A DNA stretch of 63,379 nucleotides, counting the filler, from Neolecta irregularis DAH-3 (Eukaryota), in assembly GCA_001929475.1 (NCBI GenBank). It is 11 parts of 11 records of this genome, joined end to end, with 100 filler letters (N's around TTAATTAATTAA, not from the genome) between each part and the next. Parts side by side here need not be neighbours in the genome. Positions count along the whole stretch, not along the records: positions 60,674 to 61,814 come from LXFE01000579.1; positions 61,915 to 63,379 come from LXFE01004159.1; 9 more parts are not named here. One strand, 5' to 3'. The position numbers and the translations under genes are program-made. The first letter of the stretch is position 1. Every line of letters begins with the position of its first letter. Shown here one piece after another: positions 61,581 through 63,379 of the stretch. Under the pieces are notes generated by a model. The model was not told where the DNA came from. It did no database searches and worked only from the letters and a program-made list of their open reading frames with translations.

Positions 61581-62514
61581 AGTTTTGGTAATCGGGAGGT
61601 TGTTGACAATTTGGCTATGTAATTTCATTATATTGTCAATACTACTCTTCAAATGACTTTGAATTCAATATCCTGTATTGCTATTGATCAATTATCAGAC
61701 TCAGAATGTTTTGACCTAAATTCTGAGTTGGTTGAGTCACAGTCCACCCAGTGTTGGCAATAATATGCCAATAAATATGATATATTGTATATCGTGTGAT
61801 ATGATATGGGTTTTNNNNNNNNNNNNNNNNNNNNNNNNNNNNNNNNNNNNNNNNNNNNTTAATTAATTAANNNNNNNNNNNNNNNNNNNNNNNNNNNNNN
61901 NNNNNNNNNNNNNNCAGCATTGTCAAGTGGATCTGGGGCCGCATCCCTGGGAGCATCGTCTCCTGCGAGATCTTTTGCCACAAAAAAGCCGCCCGATCGC
62001 ACCATCCAGACCATTCTCCCCTTCATTAGCCAGGAGCACTACCCCTCGTCCTCTAGTTATTCGAGTTTCTCACAACCATCACCTCAAACAGAGGCTGCAG
62101 CGGCCTCCCTGGAAGCAAAATCTTCCCCTATCTGCTCCTTGTTCACATTTGAGCTCGACAAAGGCTCAGGATGGCTTCTATTCTGGCTTCGAGTCCTTCC
62201 CCAATCAGAGCTGCCTGCTAACCCATCAGCATTGCAAATGCTACCCAGCACATCTTCTTCGCCTAAATGAGATCTATAACCCTCAGATGCTGCTTGCGGT
62301 AATGCAGGTGAAATCTGCTATCCCTCGCCCCGCACTACCGACCAGCTCCACTCCATCTTCAAATCTCCCTGCCCTACCCTCTTCACCCGTTATCGCCGCT
62401 ACAGCCGCTGGAAGAGTGTTTTGTCCCGTCCCCAACATTGGCTGAGTACACGGTAATTCTTCCCTTTTGTCACTTTCCAATGGTGTAGCTCGATGCGAAA
62501 ATTGTCAAAAAAGA

Positions 62515-62770
62515 CGACCCGCCCGCCCGCCTGCCGGAAAGGTTTTGAGCGGCCGACCCTCCCGCCAGAGATTGATTGACCCGCCTGTCTGCCGGAAGGT
62601 CTCCGGCGGGGTCGGGCGGGCGGTGGACACACTATAAAAATCTATCAAGCATGTCCATCCAAGCAAGTCCAAGTATGCAAGTAAAATACCAAGTAAGTCC
62701 AAGCAAGCAACTCCAAAGTCCAGACTTGGAATTGCTTACTTGTTAGAAGTCTGAGTAGGACTAGTTAGTG
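62515..62770. repeat. Element-like ends: CCCG/CGGG-rich block ending GTGGACACACTA, then a CCAAGT/CAAGC array
   Basis: Similar to 44560-44657. Repeated caagt and caagc. Confidence 0.45.
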
Positions 62771-62928
62771 CTAAACCGATCAAGAAATATGTTTCAATAG
62801 CTGTTCTTTATGAATTAAATACTTGTTATACTTGTTGGAAGCGAACTCATTCTACTCAACTCTACAGAAAATCTAAAAATATAGTTGTATAAAATTTCAA
62901 AGCTTGGCATTTGTTCCCCTCCATTGTC

Positions 62929-63379
62929 CTATGTCCCTGCAAAAACATTTAAGGCAAAATAATTCCAGGTTTTTGCCCATAGCTGTGCGGTTTTCAATTG
63001 ATGCACCATGATTGTATCTTTCGCAAAGTCTGCCCTCCAGCCGAGTTTACTGTCGGGATGGTCGGTGACACGAAACCCCAGGTCTAGGAAATTTGTAGTA
63101 TTGATTCCAGATCCTCGTATCCAGTCAGCTGTTAGCCAATCCTCCCTCCCATCACGTTGAAGACTGTTGTTGTGTCCAATGTAGACTACATAGTCCCAGG
63201 ACAAAATATATCCACAGCCGCCCATGAAGAATTTGCCCTCGGGGTCATCGAGCCCTATTGCTCGGCCAATATATGCTCCTTCCCGTGGATATTGAGGCCT
63301 GATAACGTCCAACAATGCTGGAATATTCAAAAATGTATCGTCATCCAACTTCATTGCATAGTCATATGCCCCCTTCTGT
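62929..63379 (-). CDS. GT31-family galactosyltransferase, 3' part (5' end outside window)
   Basis: YDYAMKLDDDTFLNI (DxD motif), YIGR, FMGGCGYILSWD, EDWL, HQLK. Confidence 0.88.
   Translation of the reverse strand, partial: QKGAYDYAMKLDDDTFLNIPALLDVIRPQYPREGAYIGRAIGLDDPEGKFFMGGCGYILSWDYVVYIGHNNSLQRDGREDWLTADWIRGSGINTTNFLDLGFRVTDHPDSKLGWRADFAKDTIMVHQLKTAQLWAKTWNYFALNVFAGT

Noticed and set aside
6607-61914. Regularly recurring TTAATTAATTAA inside N runs as a biological repeat
   Set aside because: It is an identical six-frame-stop linker used to concatenate scaffolds.
1-63379. tRNA, rRNA or snRNA genes
   Set aside because: I recognised no cloverleaf or conserved RNA signature by eye. tRNAscan-SE and Infernal would be decisive.

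Overview
Fungal nuclear DNA: compact, intron-rich, with introns mostly 30-45 nt. The gene content and intron style suggest an early-diverging ascomycete (Taphrinomycotina, Neolecta-like); this is an inference. The window is 11 scaffold pieces joined by an artificial N-TTAATTAATTAA-N spacer, so adjacency across spacers is not biological. About 22 protein-coding loci are recognisable: DUF1765 protein, SurE, SEC16, MED6, NEO1, DUF2011-like, SFB3/SEC24, molybdopterin synthase large subunit, ERV1, TPS2, PHO88, a group III hybrid histidine kinase, RraA-like, srp1-like SR protein, PHO80-like cyclin, an orphan secreted repeat protein, aquaglyceroporin, peroxisomal 4CL-like ligase, RPA135, mitochondrial uL4 and mL38, Ams2-like GATA factor and a GT31 glycosyltransferase. 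There are also pseudogenes, two solo LTRs with perfect 5-bp target-site duplications, and several dispersed repeat families. The most unusual signals are: (1) the splicing architecture, with at least 10 GC-AG introns, 3-nt and 4-nt microexons, and an AG|GT back-to-back intron pair in the kinase; (2) a Cys-containing 12-aa repeat tail on the aquaglyceroporin whose variation is almost all synonymous; (3) a kinase with a very short HAMP array; (4) a transposon relic with no CpG at all; (5) divergent gene pairs with start codons under 50 bp apart. Exon boundaries were read by eye, and no database searches were run.
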